From contig JBOGHW010000036.1 of the NCBI GenBank assembly GCA_050744865.1, forward strand, positions 74,785 to 138,784: a stretch of 64,000 nucleotides of DNA, in the 5' to 3' direction. The translations under genes were made by a program, and so were the position numbers. Below the pieces are notes generated by a model. The model saw nothing but the letters and a program-made list of their open reading frames with translations, made no database searches and had not been told where the DNA came from. The stretch is from Acidimicrobiales bacterium. Lineage in GTDB: Bacteria > Actinomycetota > Acidimicrobiia > Acidimicrobiales > Bog-793. Below are positions 19,036 through 28,014 of the stretch, piece after piece (the first letter of the stretch is position 1; every line of letters begins with the position of its first letter).

Positions 19036-21383
19036 CCAGGATTGATCATCGCCAACTGACCGTCGTGCTTGCCGACCATGCCTTCGGCGACCACAGTGGC
19101 GCCGACCGAGATGCCGGCCACCTGGCGCCGCCCGAGGAACACCACGTTGATCGCCCCGCTCTCATCCACGACGGTGCACTCGAGGCTGTGGACGCCCGAC
19201 CAAGGCTGGACTCTCATGGACCGGACCCGGCCGTGGATGCGGCCGCGGCTCCGGTAGACCAGCTCTCCAATTGAGGTGACGCCTTCCATGCGGGCCATCT
19301 TGGTCGATGAACCCGGCTGGCGCACGGCATGCTTGTCCATCTCTTTCCGGCGCTCGTTCGTATCCCGTGCGGCGGCGGCCCGCTGCCTCGACCGCAGCAG
19401 CTTGCCCACGTCGAATGCCGCGATGGTCGCACTGACGTGAGGCAGGCCCGCCACCGCCGTCACGATGCGGTCGGCGGTGTTGGCGTGCAGCAACCGGTTG
19501 AACACCCCGGCATAGATCCTTCGCGGCAGTACCAACGTGACCTCTGTGCGGCCGTCAGAGGCCAGGTCGGCTGCCATCTTCGTCACCGCTCTGACGATGC
19601 GCCTGTCCTGGCACTCGACGAGCTCGAGAGGGATGCGCCAGCGATTGACCCCGATCCAGTGGCGGGCCATCTTCTCTGCGCGGGCACGGTCGGTGACGAA
19701 GTGGACGGCGCGGGCCTCCCCGGAGGGGTCGAGCGACCGCGCCAGCTGGATGGCGCGTGCCGTTGCGAGGTCGAGGCTGTCGACCAGGACGACCACGACG
19801 TGGTCGCGAAGCACGGGCGAGTCGGCGGCAGTGGTATCGGCATCCTCGGCGAGTACCTGGCGTTCCTCGGTGTACCGGCGGTTCGTCCGCGTCAACAACC
19901 AGACGATCAGCGGGATGCACAGGACCACCAGCCAGGCCCCTCGGCTGAACTCGGTCACGACGAAGATCGTGGTGACCACGAAGCTGGCGACGCAGGCCGC
20001 CATCGCCATCGTCAGGTCGCGCCGGCGATGGGCGTGGGGGTGGGTGAGGTGGTACTTCGTCATCCCGGCGCCGGCCATGGTGAAGCCGGTGAACACCGTG
20101 CAGGCGTAGAGCGGTATCAGGCTGGCGACTTCGGCGCGTGTGACGACGAGGAGCGCTATCGAGGCAACGGTGAGGGCGCAGATGCCGTTGGAGTAGACAA
20201 GGCGGTGGCCCCTTGTGCGAAGAGTCCGCGGCAGGTACGAGTCCTCGGCGATGAAGTTCATGAGGAGCGGGAAGCCGTTGTAGCTCGTGTTGGCGCCGAG
20301 GACGAGGATGAGAGCCGTGCTGAACTGCAGCGAGTAAAAGGCCAGTCTCCCGAGCGGGCCGGGCCCGAACACCGCTTGGCCGATCTCGGAAAGAATAGTG
20401 GGCGTGCCTGACACGAACGGTACGGCATGCGTCAGGGCGGCGAAGGCCGACACCCCAAGAAACATCAGCCCGAGTATCGACGCCATCATCACCAGCGTGC
20501 GGCGGGCGTTTCTCACTGCCGGCTCACGGAAGACCGGGACAGCGTTCGAGATCGCCTCCATGCCTGTCATCGCCGAGCCACCGTTGGCGAAGCCGCGCAA
20601 GAACAAGAATATGGGGAGGCCGAGCAGCAGCCCGGTTCCTTCGACCCCGACGGCGATGTGACCGGGGGCCACGAGAGGGAATCGGTGAAGATGACCGTCG
20701 GCCACCAGCCTGGCCAAGCCGACGACAAGCAAGAACCCCATGTTCGCCAAGAACCAGTACGTGGGCAAGGCGAAGATGCGCCCCGCCTCGCGGATCCCTC
20801 GCAGGTTCCCGTACGTCAGCAGGAGTACGAAGCCGATCGCCAGCTCGACCGGGTAAGGCGACAGGGCCGGGAAGGCGGAGATGACGGCGTCCACGCCGGC
20901 GGCGATCGAGACCGCAACGGTCAGCGTGTAGCTAAGCAAGAGAGCGGCACCGGGGATCTGGGCGACGGCAAAGCCGAAGTTCTCCCTACTCACCACGTAC
21001 GACCCGCCCGACACCGGGTAGGCCTTGACGACTTGCCGGTAGCAGACGCACACCAGGCCCAGAACCAGCAGCAGCATCAGGGTGACGGGCGTGATCAGGG
21101 CGAAGGCGGCCAGGCCGGCCGCCGGGACCAGGATCCGCAGGATCGACTCGGTGGCGTAGGCAGCCGACGACATGACGTCGGACGAGAGCACTGCCAGAGC
21201 CGTGGGCTTGCCGAGACGTTCCGAGTGGAGGTCGTCGTTGTTGAGGGGAGGGCCAAGCAGGGCCCGCTTGAGCTTGTACCCCGTCGTCTCGGGAACATCT
21301 GCCAAGCCGTGCTTGGGTGCCTGCGGAGACTCGCGCCAGATCGGCTCAGCTGTCATGGTCGAGTCCATCCCGCCTTGGCACAA
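18987..21383 (-). CDS. APC-family permease fused to a regulatory linker domain and a C-terminal OB-fold domain
   Basis: 798-aa ORF with ~12 TM helices of the amino acid/polyamine/organocation type, then a soluble domain (DHVVVVLVDSLDLATARAIQLARSL...). The C-terminal ~110 aa (GRIHGRVRSMRVQPWSGVHSLECTVVDESGAINVVFLGRRQVAGISVGATVVAEGMVGKHDGQLAMINPGYEII) match the actinobacterial stand-alone OB-fold protein family. Confidence 0.8.
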   Translation of the reverse strand: MCQGGMDSTMTAEPIWRESPQAPKHGLADVPETTGYKLKRALLGPPLNNDDLHSERLGKPTALAVLSSDVMSSAAYATESILRILVPAAGLAAFALITPVTLMLLLVLGLVCVCYRQVVKAYPVSGGSYVVSRENFGFAVAQIPGAALLLSYTLTVAVSIAAGVDAVISAFPALSPYPVELAIGFVLLLTYGNLRGIREAGRIFALPTYWFLANMGFLLVVGLARLVADGHLHRFPLVAPGHIAVGVEGTGLLLGLPIFLFLRGFANGGSAMTGMEAISNAVPVFREPAVRNARRTLVMMASILGLMFLGVSAFAALTHAVPFVSGTPTILSEIGQAVFGPGPLGRLAFYSLQFSTALILVLGANTSYNGFPLLMNFIAEDSYLPRTLRTRGHRLVYSNGICALTVASIALLVVTRAEVASLIPLYACTVFTGFTMAGAGMTKYHLTHPHAHRRRDLTMAMAACVASFVVTTIFVVTEFSRGAWLVVLCIPLIVWLLTRTNRRYTEERQVLAEDADTTAADSPVLRDHVVVVLVDSLDLATARAIQLARSLDPSGEARAVHFVTDRARAEKMARHWIGVNRWRIPLELVECQDRRIVRAVTKMAADLASDGRTEVTLVLPRRIYAGVFNRLLHANTADRIVTAVAGLPHVSATIAAFDVGKLLRSRQRAAAARDTNERRKEMDKHAVRQPGSSTKMARMEGVTSIGELVYRSRGRIHGRVRSMRVQPWSGVHSLECTVVDESGAINVVFLGRRQVAGISVGATVVAEGMVGKHDGQLAMINPGYEIILPSWEEKPAVS

Positions 21384-21446
21384 GCTCGGACGATAGTGCT
21401 GGGCGTGGCCCGTGGCGTGGCCCCTGGAGGGACGGCGTGGAATCTT

Positions 21447-22421
21447 CTAGCGGATCTCCCGCCAGTGCAGCGCCCCGAGTGCCAGTAGCCCCGCCGCCGC
21501 CGCCATCGCTACGAGCTCGAGCGTGGCCAAGGGGGCAGCACCGCCGTTGCCGAGCGAGCTCGGCCACAGGACGACGGTGAAGTTGGATTGCGTGAGCTCG
21601 GACGACACCAGGCTCCTCGTCACGACTCCGACCGCACCTGTGAAGCCGGCGTAGGCGAGATGAGGCTGCAGCGCCACGAATGCCCGGTCGAGCAGCACGA
21701 AGGCGCCGGCACCCCCGACGGCTCCGAGGGTCGAGCGCACGAGCAACCCGCCGGCCACCGTCACGGCGATCATCACGGCTGGTGTGAGCAGGCCGGCAGC
21801 GATGGTCCAGCCCCAAGCCGGTAGGGCTGCTCCCGACCACGGCGCCCCGGAAGGCGCCGGCAAGGGGCGGATCGCCTGCAGCAGGCGTCCGGTGGCGACG
21901 CTGCACACGGCGCACACGAGAATGGCTCCGAGCGTCACGGCGTAGGCGCCGCCGAGCTTGCCGGCGACTACCCGCCCGCGCCGTTGCTGCTGGATGATCG
22001 ATGCCTTGAGGCCGCCGCTGCGCAGCTCGGTGTCGACTGCGATACTGCCGAGGCTCATCGCCACGCCGACGCCGACGGCGGTGGCGAACATGCCCAGGGT
22101 GAACACGAGCTCACCCAGCGGTGAGATCCCGAGCCAACCGGCGCGGGCAGCCCGCTCGTCGTCGACGATCTGGCCTGAGAGCGCCGCTCGGTAGGCGTCC
22201 GCCTGCTTGGCGGTGCAGGCGACGGCGTGACCCGGGCTCCCCGTGGTGCACGGCATCCCAAGCAGTCTCCGGTACTCCTCGATGCCGGTGGCAAACTGGT
22301 AGCTGACGCCTTGGCTGTGCCACTGGACGAAGACCATGAAGGCAACGGCCATCCCGGTCACCACCCACACTCCGCGTGACCGGCTGAGCTTGAGCAGCTC
22401 TGCCCTTAGCAACAGCACCAC
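21447..22421 (-). CDS. ABC-2 type transporter permease
   Basis: ORF 21447..22502 trimmed to GTG 22421, one nt after the ATPase stop (TAG 22423-22425). Starts VVLLLRAELLKLSRSRG, typical of ABC-2 permeases, with multiple TM helices. Confidence 0.75.
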   Translation of the reverse strand: MVLLLRAELLKLSRSRGVWVVTGMAVAFMVFVQWHSQGVSYQFATGIEEYRRLLGMPCTTGSPGHAVACTAKQADAYRAALSGQIVDDERAARAGWLGISPLGELVFTLGMFATAVGVGVAMSLGSIAVDTELRSGGLKASIIQQQRRGRVVAGKLGGAYAVTLGAILVCAVCSVATGRLLQAIRPLPAPSGAPWSGAALPAWGWTIAAGLLTPAVMIAVTVAGGLLVRSTLGAVGGAGAFVLLDRAFVALQPHLAYAGFTGAVGVVTRSLVSSELTQSNFTVVLWPSSLGNGGAAPLATLELVAMAAAAGLLALGALHWREIR

Positions 22422-22422
22422 G

Positions 22423-23334
22423 CTAGACCGCTTCCTCTCCTTGGCAGGCTCCCGAGTCGGCCAGCCTGAAGAACAGCTCCTCGAGATTGGAACGCTTGAC
22501 ACGCACGTCCGACGGAACGATGCCCCCGCCAGTCAGGACCTCGAGCAAGCGCTGGAGAGGGACGCCCTCGCACCTGACGGTGCCACCGGTCGGGCTTGCC
22601 TCGGCTCCAAGCCCGGCGGCCGCCAGTAGCTGCACGGCTTCGCCCGGCCTTTCGACGACCAGCTCGATCACCTCACCTCGCGCCGGGAGGTCGGCTGGTG
22701 GCCCGCAGTACTGCGGTCGCCCCCGGTCCAACAAGACCAGCGTCCCGGCCAGGTCCTCGACCTCGCGGAGGTCGTGGCTCGACCACAGGATCGTGCGGCC
22801 TTCGTCGCTGAGCGAGGCGATGAGCTCTCGCATGTCACGGATGCCGACTGTGTCCATGCCGGACGTCGGCTCGTCGAGAATCAGGAGGTTGGCTTCTCCC
22901 AGCAGCACCGAGGCGACGGCTAGGCGTTGCCTCATTCCCGTCGAGTACGCCGACAGGCGCGTGGAGCCGGCGTGGAGGCCAACTCTTGCCATCGCACGCT
23001 TGGCCTCTGCCAGCCCGACGGCCAGCCCAGCGGTCCAGGCGAGAACCCGAAGGTTGTCGGGACCACTGAGCTGACCGTAGAGACCTGGGCCGTCGATGAG
23101 CGCCGCCAGCTTGGCACCCGGTGCTGCCTGAGCGCTGACCGGTGTGATCGAAAAGGAGCCCGAACTAGCTTTGGCCAGACCGGCCAAGATCCGGAACAGC
23201 GTCGTCTTGCCCGCTCCGTTGGGGCCGACGACGGCCACAACGCTTCCGCCTCCTGCCTCGAAGCTGACGTCCTCGAGCACGATCCTCGAGCGATACGCCT
23301 TTCCGAGCTGCGACACCGAGATTGTCACGCTCAT
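22423..23334 (-). CDS. ABC transporter ATP-binding protein (ABC-2/DrrA-like)
   Basis: 303-aa ORF with Walker A GPNGAGKTT, signature-like YSTGMRQRLAV and Walker B LLILDEPTSGMD. Confidence 0.92.
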   Translation of the reverse strand: MSVTISVSQLGKAYRSRIVLEDVSFEAGGGSVVAVVGPNGAGKTTLFRILAGLAKASSGSFSITPVSAQAAPGAKLAALIDGPGLYGQLSGPDNLRVLAWTAGLAVGLAEAKRAMARVGLHAGSTRLSAYSTGMRQRLAVASVLLGEANLLILDEPTSGMDTVGIRDMRELIASLSDEGRTILWSSHDLREVEDLAGTLVLLDRGRPQYCGPPADLPARGEVIELVVERPGEAVQLLAAAGLGAEASPTGGTVRCEGVPLQRLLEVLTGGGIVPSDVRVKRSNLEELFFRLADSGACQGEEAV

Positions 23335-23356
23335 CGACTGTGTCGTCTCGTCCCGG

Positions 23357-23791
23357 CTAGTTCTTGCAGCTGAAGACGGTGCCGCCAGTCGTGAGGACCT
23401 GGTGGGTCTTCAGATAGTTGCGGGCGTAGAACTCGTAGGTCCCGCCACTGCAGTTGAACACTCCCTCTTGTACGACCGAGATCGCTACGTGATTGCCCGA
23501 GTCCCACGAGTTGTCCGTCGTCCACCCGTACCAGTGGTGCGTCTCGTAGTTCTCGATGACTCGGACGACCGAGTTCGCGTCGTCGGACATGTAGGTGGCG
23601 GCCCAGGCGAATGCCTGGCCGTTCACGATGAGCGGAGGGTTCGACTGCTCACCACAGACGCTGTCCTTCGAGATGCAGTGGACGACGTTCTTCGTCGACG
23701 AGAGTGAAGATGCAAAAGCACCGGGCACACCAAGGACGAAGCCCGTCGATAGTCCGACGGCGGCAATGACCGCCACGTTACGGAGTTTCAT
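23357..23791 (-). CDS. Small secreted protein, 4 Cys in the mature part, no recognisable family
   Basis: 144-aa ORF with a Sec signal peptide MKLRNVAVIAAVGLSTGFVLGVPGAFA/SS. The ~116-aa mature part is rich in N/Y/W/T, with Cys at HCISKDSVC, FNCSGG and FSCKN. RBS GGGAGA upstream. It ends 22 nt before the ABC ATPase gene. Confidence 0.7.
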   Translation of the reverse strand: MKLRNVAVIAAVGLSTGFVLGVPGAFASSLSSTKNVVHCISKDSVCGEQSNPPLIVNGQAFAWAATYMSDDANSVVRVIENYETHHWYGWTTDNSWDSGNHVAISVVQEGVFNCSGGTYEFYARNYLKTHQVLTTGGTVFSCKN

Positions 23792-23898
23792 ATCATCTCC
23801 CTGTATCTGTTGTACTTTGGCGGGAGCAAGTTAGCCGAGGCGGCCGAGGCGGTCAAGCCGCTGTGCGATCCCCCGGCCCGGCCCTGCGGCGAACGTCG

Positions 23899-24474
23899 CT
23901 AGCCAGGCTTGGAGGCGCAGGTCACGAGGTGGTCGTCGACAACCCCGACAGACTGCAGGTACGAGTAGACGATCGTCGAGCCCACGAACGTGAAGCCACG
24001 ACGCTTCAAGTCCTTGCTCACCTGGTCGGAGAGCTCTGACCGGGCGAGGACGTCGCTCATCGTCGTCGGTCGGTTGACAATCGGCGCGCCCCCTACGTAG
24101 GCCCAAAGGTAGGCGCCGAACGAGCCCCACTCCTCGGCAACTTCGAGGTAAGCCTGCGCGTTCCTCACAACCGAGCGCAGCTTGAGACGGTTGCGGACGA
24201 TTCCGGGATTCTCAAGCAGTGACGCCATCTTGACGTCGTCGTACCGGGAGGCACGAGACGGGTCGAACCCGTCGAGTGCTTGCCGGTAGTTCTCGCGCTT
24301 GGCGAGTATCGTCGCCCATGAGAGCCCGGCCTGTGCGCCCTCGAGGATGAGCATCTCGAACAGGTGCCTCTCGTCGCGTGACGGCTTGCCCCACTCGTGG
24401 TCGTGGTAGGCGCGCATCGCTTCGCTGCTTTCGGCCCAAGGGCACCTGTCGACCCGCGTCACAGCCTGCTGCAT
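23899..24474 (-). CDS. tag: DNA-3-methyladenine glycosylase I
   Basis: ORF 23899..24567 trimmed to ATG 24474 (MQQAVTRVDRCPW...). Motifs RCPWAESSEAMRAYHDHEWG and FEMLILEGAQAGLSWATIL. Confidence 0.9.
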   Translation of the reverse strand: MQQAVTRVDRCPWAESSEAMRAYHDHEWGKPSRDERHLFEMLILEGAQAGLSWATILAKRENYRQALDGFDPSRASRYDDVKMASLLENPGIVRNRLKLRSVVRNAQAYLEVAEEWGSFGAYLWAYVGGAPIVNRPTTMSDVLARSELSDQVSKDLKRRGFTFVGSTIVYSYLQSVGVVDDHLVTCASKPG

Positions 24475-24479
24475 CGGCT

Positions 24480-26198
24480 TCAGCTCGGCGAAGCGTCGCT
24501 CGGAGACGGTGGCCCCGGCTCCGACGTAGGCGGCGGGGCGGCGGGCTCGTCCGGGCGCGGGGGCCATGAAGGCACTCCCTGGTAAGAGCTAACGGCGCGT
24601 TGCTGCTGGCCGGCGGGCCAGGGCGACGGCCGTGGCGGTCGGTACGGTGGCGGACCCGATTGGGCCGGTGCGTGACCGGCCGATCGCGGTGGGTAGCCCG
24701 AGGGCGGGGGTGGCGGGCCTGCCCCCGGAGGGTACGGGTACTGCGCGTAGGGGTGCTGGGCGTACGGGTGCTGGGCGTACGGGTACTGCGGGTACGGGGA
24801 CGGAGGGTACGGCTGCCGCGGGCCTCCCTGCGGCTGGCCAGGCGGGATCGGCCTGCCCCACTGGTCGGCCTGGATTTGCTGGACCATCACGGAGTCTCCC
24901 CTGAACACAGAGCTCTCGCTCACCTGGCTCTCGATCATGGGAGCGAACAACGTGTACCCGAGAAACAAGACCGCCGAGACAATCTGCACGACGATCCACA
25001 ACGTGCGCGGGCCGCTCGCCGACCAGTCGTTGGTGGCATGGATCAGTGCCCCGAACAGGTAGCCAAAGAGGAACAAGGGGATCCGGTGCTTGCGATATTT
25101 CATCCCCAACCCGATGAAGAAACAGGCGATCCCCGCCCACTCGGCGTGCTGCAGTCCGTCGGTGAAGATGCGCATGCTGAACAGCAGCACGTACTCGACG
25201 ATGAAGTGGGTACCGGGAGCGATGCCGAACAGGTTCTCGTCATTCTGCTGGTAGAGCGCGGCTTCCCGGGCACCGAAGGCGAGCCCGGCGATCGTCCCGA
25301 GGAACATGCAACTGCGGACGGCCAGCGTGCGGCTCAGGAAGAAGCCCAACCCGAGAATCGTCAGCAGAACGGCGCCGTCCTTGGTCGCTTCCTCCGCCAG
25401 CCCGGGCCCGATGAACGAGATGAACCAGTCACCAGCGTGCGTCGTCAAACTCGGAACGGCCCCGTACCACCATTGCAGCGGGCCGGCCATGAAGATGAGC
25501 ACGATCACCGACACGACGGCGCCATAGACGACCAAGGTGCGCGGGGCGTCCTCAGGTTTGATGAGGTGCCAGAACACGACGATCCACAGTGGTGCCGTGT
25601 AGATGGCGTACACCCAGCCCAGAGTCTGGACGTTCGTCGTGTTCCAGAACATCGTCACGAAGATGACGGGCAACAGCGCATAGAAAAGGAAGATCGCTCG
25701 GTAGCCGGCGTGCCAGCCCGAGCTCTCGATCCACGCCCGCCAAGGGAACAGGATCGCCAGTGCTTTCTTGAGATTGCTGGCCCCGGCGCCGGCGAACAGC
25801 GTGTTGCCAGTGGGGCGGTTGCCGACGAGCGGGCTGAGGCTTGCCATCGGTCCGGGGACTCGGCCCGAGCCTGCCGGGCCGAGCCCGACCGGAGCGGCGG
25901 GGCGGGCGGCGGCAACTACGCAGATCTCGACCCACGGCCCACCAGGCGTCGCGAGATGGACCCGCTGGAAGGCTCCGAGGTGCAGCCGCGAGACGGCCTG
26001 GCCGTCCAGGAAAGTACGGCCTGTGCTCAGGTCTTCGAGCACCCAGTTCCCGTCCACCACGCGCGCTACGGCGTGCGCGCGCGACACCATGGGGTCGCTC
26101 AGGAGCACGCTGCTGCCCTCACGGCGGCCGATCGTCACGACGTCTGACTCCGTGAACACGTAGCTGGCCTGGGCCGTGGCTATCTCGAGGCGGAGCAT
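24480..26198 (-). CDS. FHA domain fused to PrsW-family intramembrane protease, with Pro/Tyr-rich tail
   Basis: 572-aa ORF. N-terminal FHA (VVTIGRREGSSVLLSDPMVSRAHAVARVVDGNWVLEDLSTGRTFLDG). Polytopic region with PrsW motifs GLAEEATKDG, GLAFGAREAALY and ALIHATNDW. C-terminal tail YPQYPYAQHPYAQHPYAQYPYPPG... Confidence 0.85.
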   Translation of the reverse strand: MLRLEIATAQASYVFTESDVVTIGRREGSSVLLSDPMVSRAHAVARVVDGNWVLEDLSTGRTFLDGQAVSRLHLGAFQRVHLATPGGPWVEICVVAAARPAAPVGLGPAGSGRVPGPMASLSPLVGNRPTGNTLFAGAGASNLKKALAILFPWRAWIESSGWHAGYRAIFLFYALLPVIFVTMFWNTTNVQTLGWVYAIYTAPLWIVVFWHLIKPEDAPRTLVVYGAVVSVIVLIFMAGPLQWWYGAVPSLTTHAGDWFISFIGPGLAEEATKDGAVLLTILGLGFFLSRTLAVRSCMFLGTIAGLAFGAREAALYQQNDENLFGIAPGTHFIVEYVLLFSMRIFTDGLQHAEWAGIACFFIGLGMKYRKHRIPLFLFGYLFGALIHATNDWSASGPRTLWIVVQIVSAVLFLGYTLFAPMIESQVSESSVFRGDSVMVQQIQADQWGRPIPPGQPQGGPRQPYPPSPYPQYPYAQHPYAQHPYAQYPYPPGAGPPPPPSGYPPRSAGHAPAQSGPPPYRPPRPSPWPAGQQQRAVSSYQGVPSWPPRPDEPAAPPPTSEPGPPSPSDASPS

Positions 26199-26394
26199 GA
26201 GCCTCCTTGCTGGGGGCCGGACCCGGAGCCCGTGGCGCGGCCGATACCTGGCGGGCCCAGTCTGGCACGGGCTCCGGGAGCACTCTACCGGCCGTCATAG
26301 ACTCCCGCCGATGCGGCTGCTTTGGCGTGGTTCCTGGATGGAGGTACCCGGATGTCACGTTCCCGAGCAGGCCGTACTCGTCGTCGTGGAAGCG

Positions 26395-27945
26395 ATGGTC
26401 CCGTTGCGCAAGCTCCACAACGCGTCCGGGCGGGAGGCGAGGCGGCCGTATTTGAAGGTGGTGACGTTTCTTGCCGGCGACGGGCCGAGGCGGACGCTAC
26501 GCAAAGTGCGAGCCAAGCGCGACGAGCCCCTCTACACGGGCGACCTTCACGTGGCTGCCCTCCTAGGGCATGCGCCCGGGTCTGGCGAGCGACTCGTGGC
26601 ACTTGGTTGCCGCGTCCCCCCGGGTACCCAGCAAGTCGCGGTGCATCGGCAGCTCGTGCACGGCGTGGGCGAGGACTACTCGGTTGACGACCTCATACAG
26701 GTCGCCGGACGCCTCACGGCCGACGGGCAGCTGATCGACAGTCTGGGTCGCCAGAACTACTTGTACTCGGGCACGGCTCCGCCAGTAGAGCTGCTCAAGC
26801 TTCTGGACGAGGCCGTGACGACCGGACAGGGCGACCGGCCGGTTCCACCTACGCCCTACGGCGTAGTACGGCCGCCGAAAGGCCCCGACGTGGCTGCAAG
26901 CACCGTCCTGCGGTGGAGCAAGCGGCCGAATCCACAAGGCACATTGGCCGCGGTGCTCGGTGCCGGCGACTACGCACGCACCGAGATTCTTCCGGCTCTG
27001 GCGGCCGCCGGCATCGGCCTCTACTCGGTGGCCGATCGCGAACCGCAGATCGCAGCCATGGCGGGACGGGCTGCGAAGGCGGTCTTGGCAAGCACGGACT
27101 CCGAGCAGGCAATCGCCGAGCTCCCACGTCAGGGCCTAGTCGTCGTCGCGACCACTCACGACTCTCATACGGACTTGGCCTGCGTCGCAGCAGGAGCCGG
27201 CCACCGGGTCTTCCTCGAGAAGCCACCTACTGTCACAGCTTCTGACGTGGCTCGCCTCACCTCGGCGATGCGGCAGTTCGAAGGAAGGATCGAAGTCGGC
27301 TTCAACAGGCGGTACCACCCCATAGTCCGGCGGGCGGCTGCCAGGCTGAGATCCGAGACAGGACCGGTCTCGGTCGTTTGCACGGTCAAAGAGCTCTCGC
27401 TGCAGCCCGACCACTGGTACTTGTGGCCCAATCAGGGGACAAGGATCACTGGCAACTTGTGTCACTGGATCGACTTGGCTGTGTTTCTGATGGAAGACCG
27501 GCCGCTGCCCGTCACCTTGACCCTTTCGCCGCGGCCGCCCGGCCGCCAGTCCGACGACGAGGAGCGGGTCCTGACAGTCACCTTCGAAGACGGTTCTCTG
27601 CTGACCATCCTGGCCACCAGCCGCGGCGACGACATCCGTGGCGTGCAGGAGCAGATAGAGGTTCGGCGCGGCAGGGCAACTGTCACCATCGATGACCTCC
27701 GGCGGATGCGCGTGCGATCAGAGGGCATCGACCGGCATACGCGAACAGCCTTTCGGGACAAGGCTCACGCCCGCATGTACGCCGAGGCCCTGGGCCGCGT
27801 CGTCCGAGACGAGCCGGCCGTCTACCCGGTCCGGGACATGATCGTCGTGTCCGCCATCCAGATCGGAGCCAGCGAGCTGGCCCGCAGCGGGGAAGGTGCC
27901 GGCGAGTTACCGGCCTGGATGGCCTCATTGCTCACAGCCGGTTAG
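26395..27945 (+). CDS. Gfo/Idh/MocA-family oxidoreductase with an extra N-terminal domain
   Basis: ORF 26176.. trimmed to ATG 26395; the start is uncertain. Rossmann region AAVLGAGDYARTEILPAL and the family motif RVFLEKPPTVT...EVGFNRRYHP. Confidence 0.7.
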   Translation: MVPLRKLHNASGREARRPYLKVVTFLAGDGPRRTLRKVRAKRDEPLYTGDLHVAALLGHAPGSGERLVALGCRVPPGTQQVAVHRQLVHGVGEDYSVDDLIQVAGRLTADGQLIDSLGRQNYLYSGTAPPVELLKLLDEAVTTGQGDRPVPPTPYGVVRPPKGPDVAASTVLRWSKRPNPQGTLAAVLGAGDYARTEILPALAAAGIGLYSVADREPQIAAMAGRAAKAVLASTDSEQAIAELPRQGLVVVATTHDSHTDLACVAAGAGHRVFLEKPPTVTASDVARLTSAMRQFEGRIEVGFNRRYHPIVRRAAARLRSETGPVSVVCTVKELSLQPDHWYLWPNQGTRITGNLCHWIDLAVFLMEDRPLPVTLTLSPRPPGRQSDDEERVLTVTFEDGSLLTILATSRGDDIRGVQEQIEVRRGRATVTIDDLRRMRVRSEGIDRHTRTAFRDKAHARMYAEALGRVVRDEPAVYPVRDMIVVSAIQIGASELARSGEGAGELPAWMASLLTAG

Positions 27946-28014
27946 AGCCGTGCCTGCCGAAAGGTCACCGGGCTACCTAGAACGCCATCTAGAGCCACCT
28001 AGAGCCCCCTAGAG
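27943..28014. repeat. Phased TAGAG(CC) short direct repeats in a convergent intergenic region
   Basis: TTAGAGCCG (27942), CTAGAACGCC (27977), CTAGAGCCAC (27989), CTAGAGCCCC (27999), CTAGAGAAGG (28009). The last three are spaced 10 nt apart. The first and last contain the stop codons of the flanking genes. Confidence 0.7.

Noticed and set aside
23357-23830. Horizontal transfer of the small secreted protein gene, suggested by locally lower G+C
   Set aside because: Third codon positions remain strongly G/C-biased. The lower G+C comes from the N/Y/K/T-rich amino-acid composition and the promoter region, so there is no good evidence of foreign origin.
24600-26147. 515-aa plus-strand ORF
   Set aside because: It is antisense to the FHA-PrsW gene. 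It is a shadow ORF with no motifs.
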